Shown one piece after another: positions 63,956-64,000 of a DNA stretch of 64,000 nt. The first letter of the stretch is position 1; every line of letters starts with the position of its first letter. The notes under the pieces are model-generated. The model made no database searches. It was not told where the DNA came from and saw nothing but the letters and a program-made list of their open reading frames with translations. The stretch is from Macrostomum lignano (Eukaryota), in NCBI GenBank assembly GCA_002269645.1, contig NIVC01003332.1, positions 39,730 to 103,729 on the forward strand. Reading direction: 5' to 3'. Position numbers and translations under genes: made by a program.

Positions 63956-64000
63956 GCAGCAGCACACACGCACCTGCTGTTCCTCCCCGCCTCCGCCCAG

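Overview
Animal genomic DNA with GC-rich exons and introns packed with micro- and minisatellites. Gene style and content suggest a free-living flatworm such as Macrostomum; this is inference, not shown by the sequence. Host genes reconstructed from GT/AG boundaries and phase-consistent joins are: the 5' part of a TRPM channel (-, runs off the left edge), a CCDC154-like coiled-coil gene (+, head-to-head with TRPM, with two perfect RFX X-boxes upstream), a short cadherin-related transmembrane gene with apparent in-frame stops (+), FKBP8/FKBP38 with an expanded acidic 10-aa repeat (-), two universal stress protein genes (-), an orphan two-exon ORF, and the 5' part of carnitine O-acetyltransferase (CRAT, +). 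Mobile DNA includes a near-intact irritans-type mariner, a hAT-type MITE with an 8-bp TSD and two tRNA-derived SINE families. The most notable feature is a 12.9-kb nested pair of CCC-ended CMC/EnSpm (CACTA-like) transposons filling the first coding intron of CRAT. The inner 9.1-kb element carries a Tnp2-type transposase with one premature stop, an unknown two-exon gene and a three-exon coiled-coil plus BEN-domain gene. The outer element carries a decayed DUF4806-like gene. No CRISPR, rRNA or true tRNA genes are supported. All family assignments come from recalled motifs; no database search was run.
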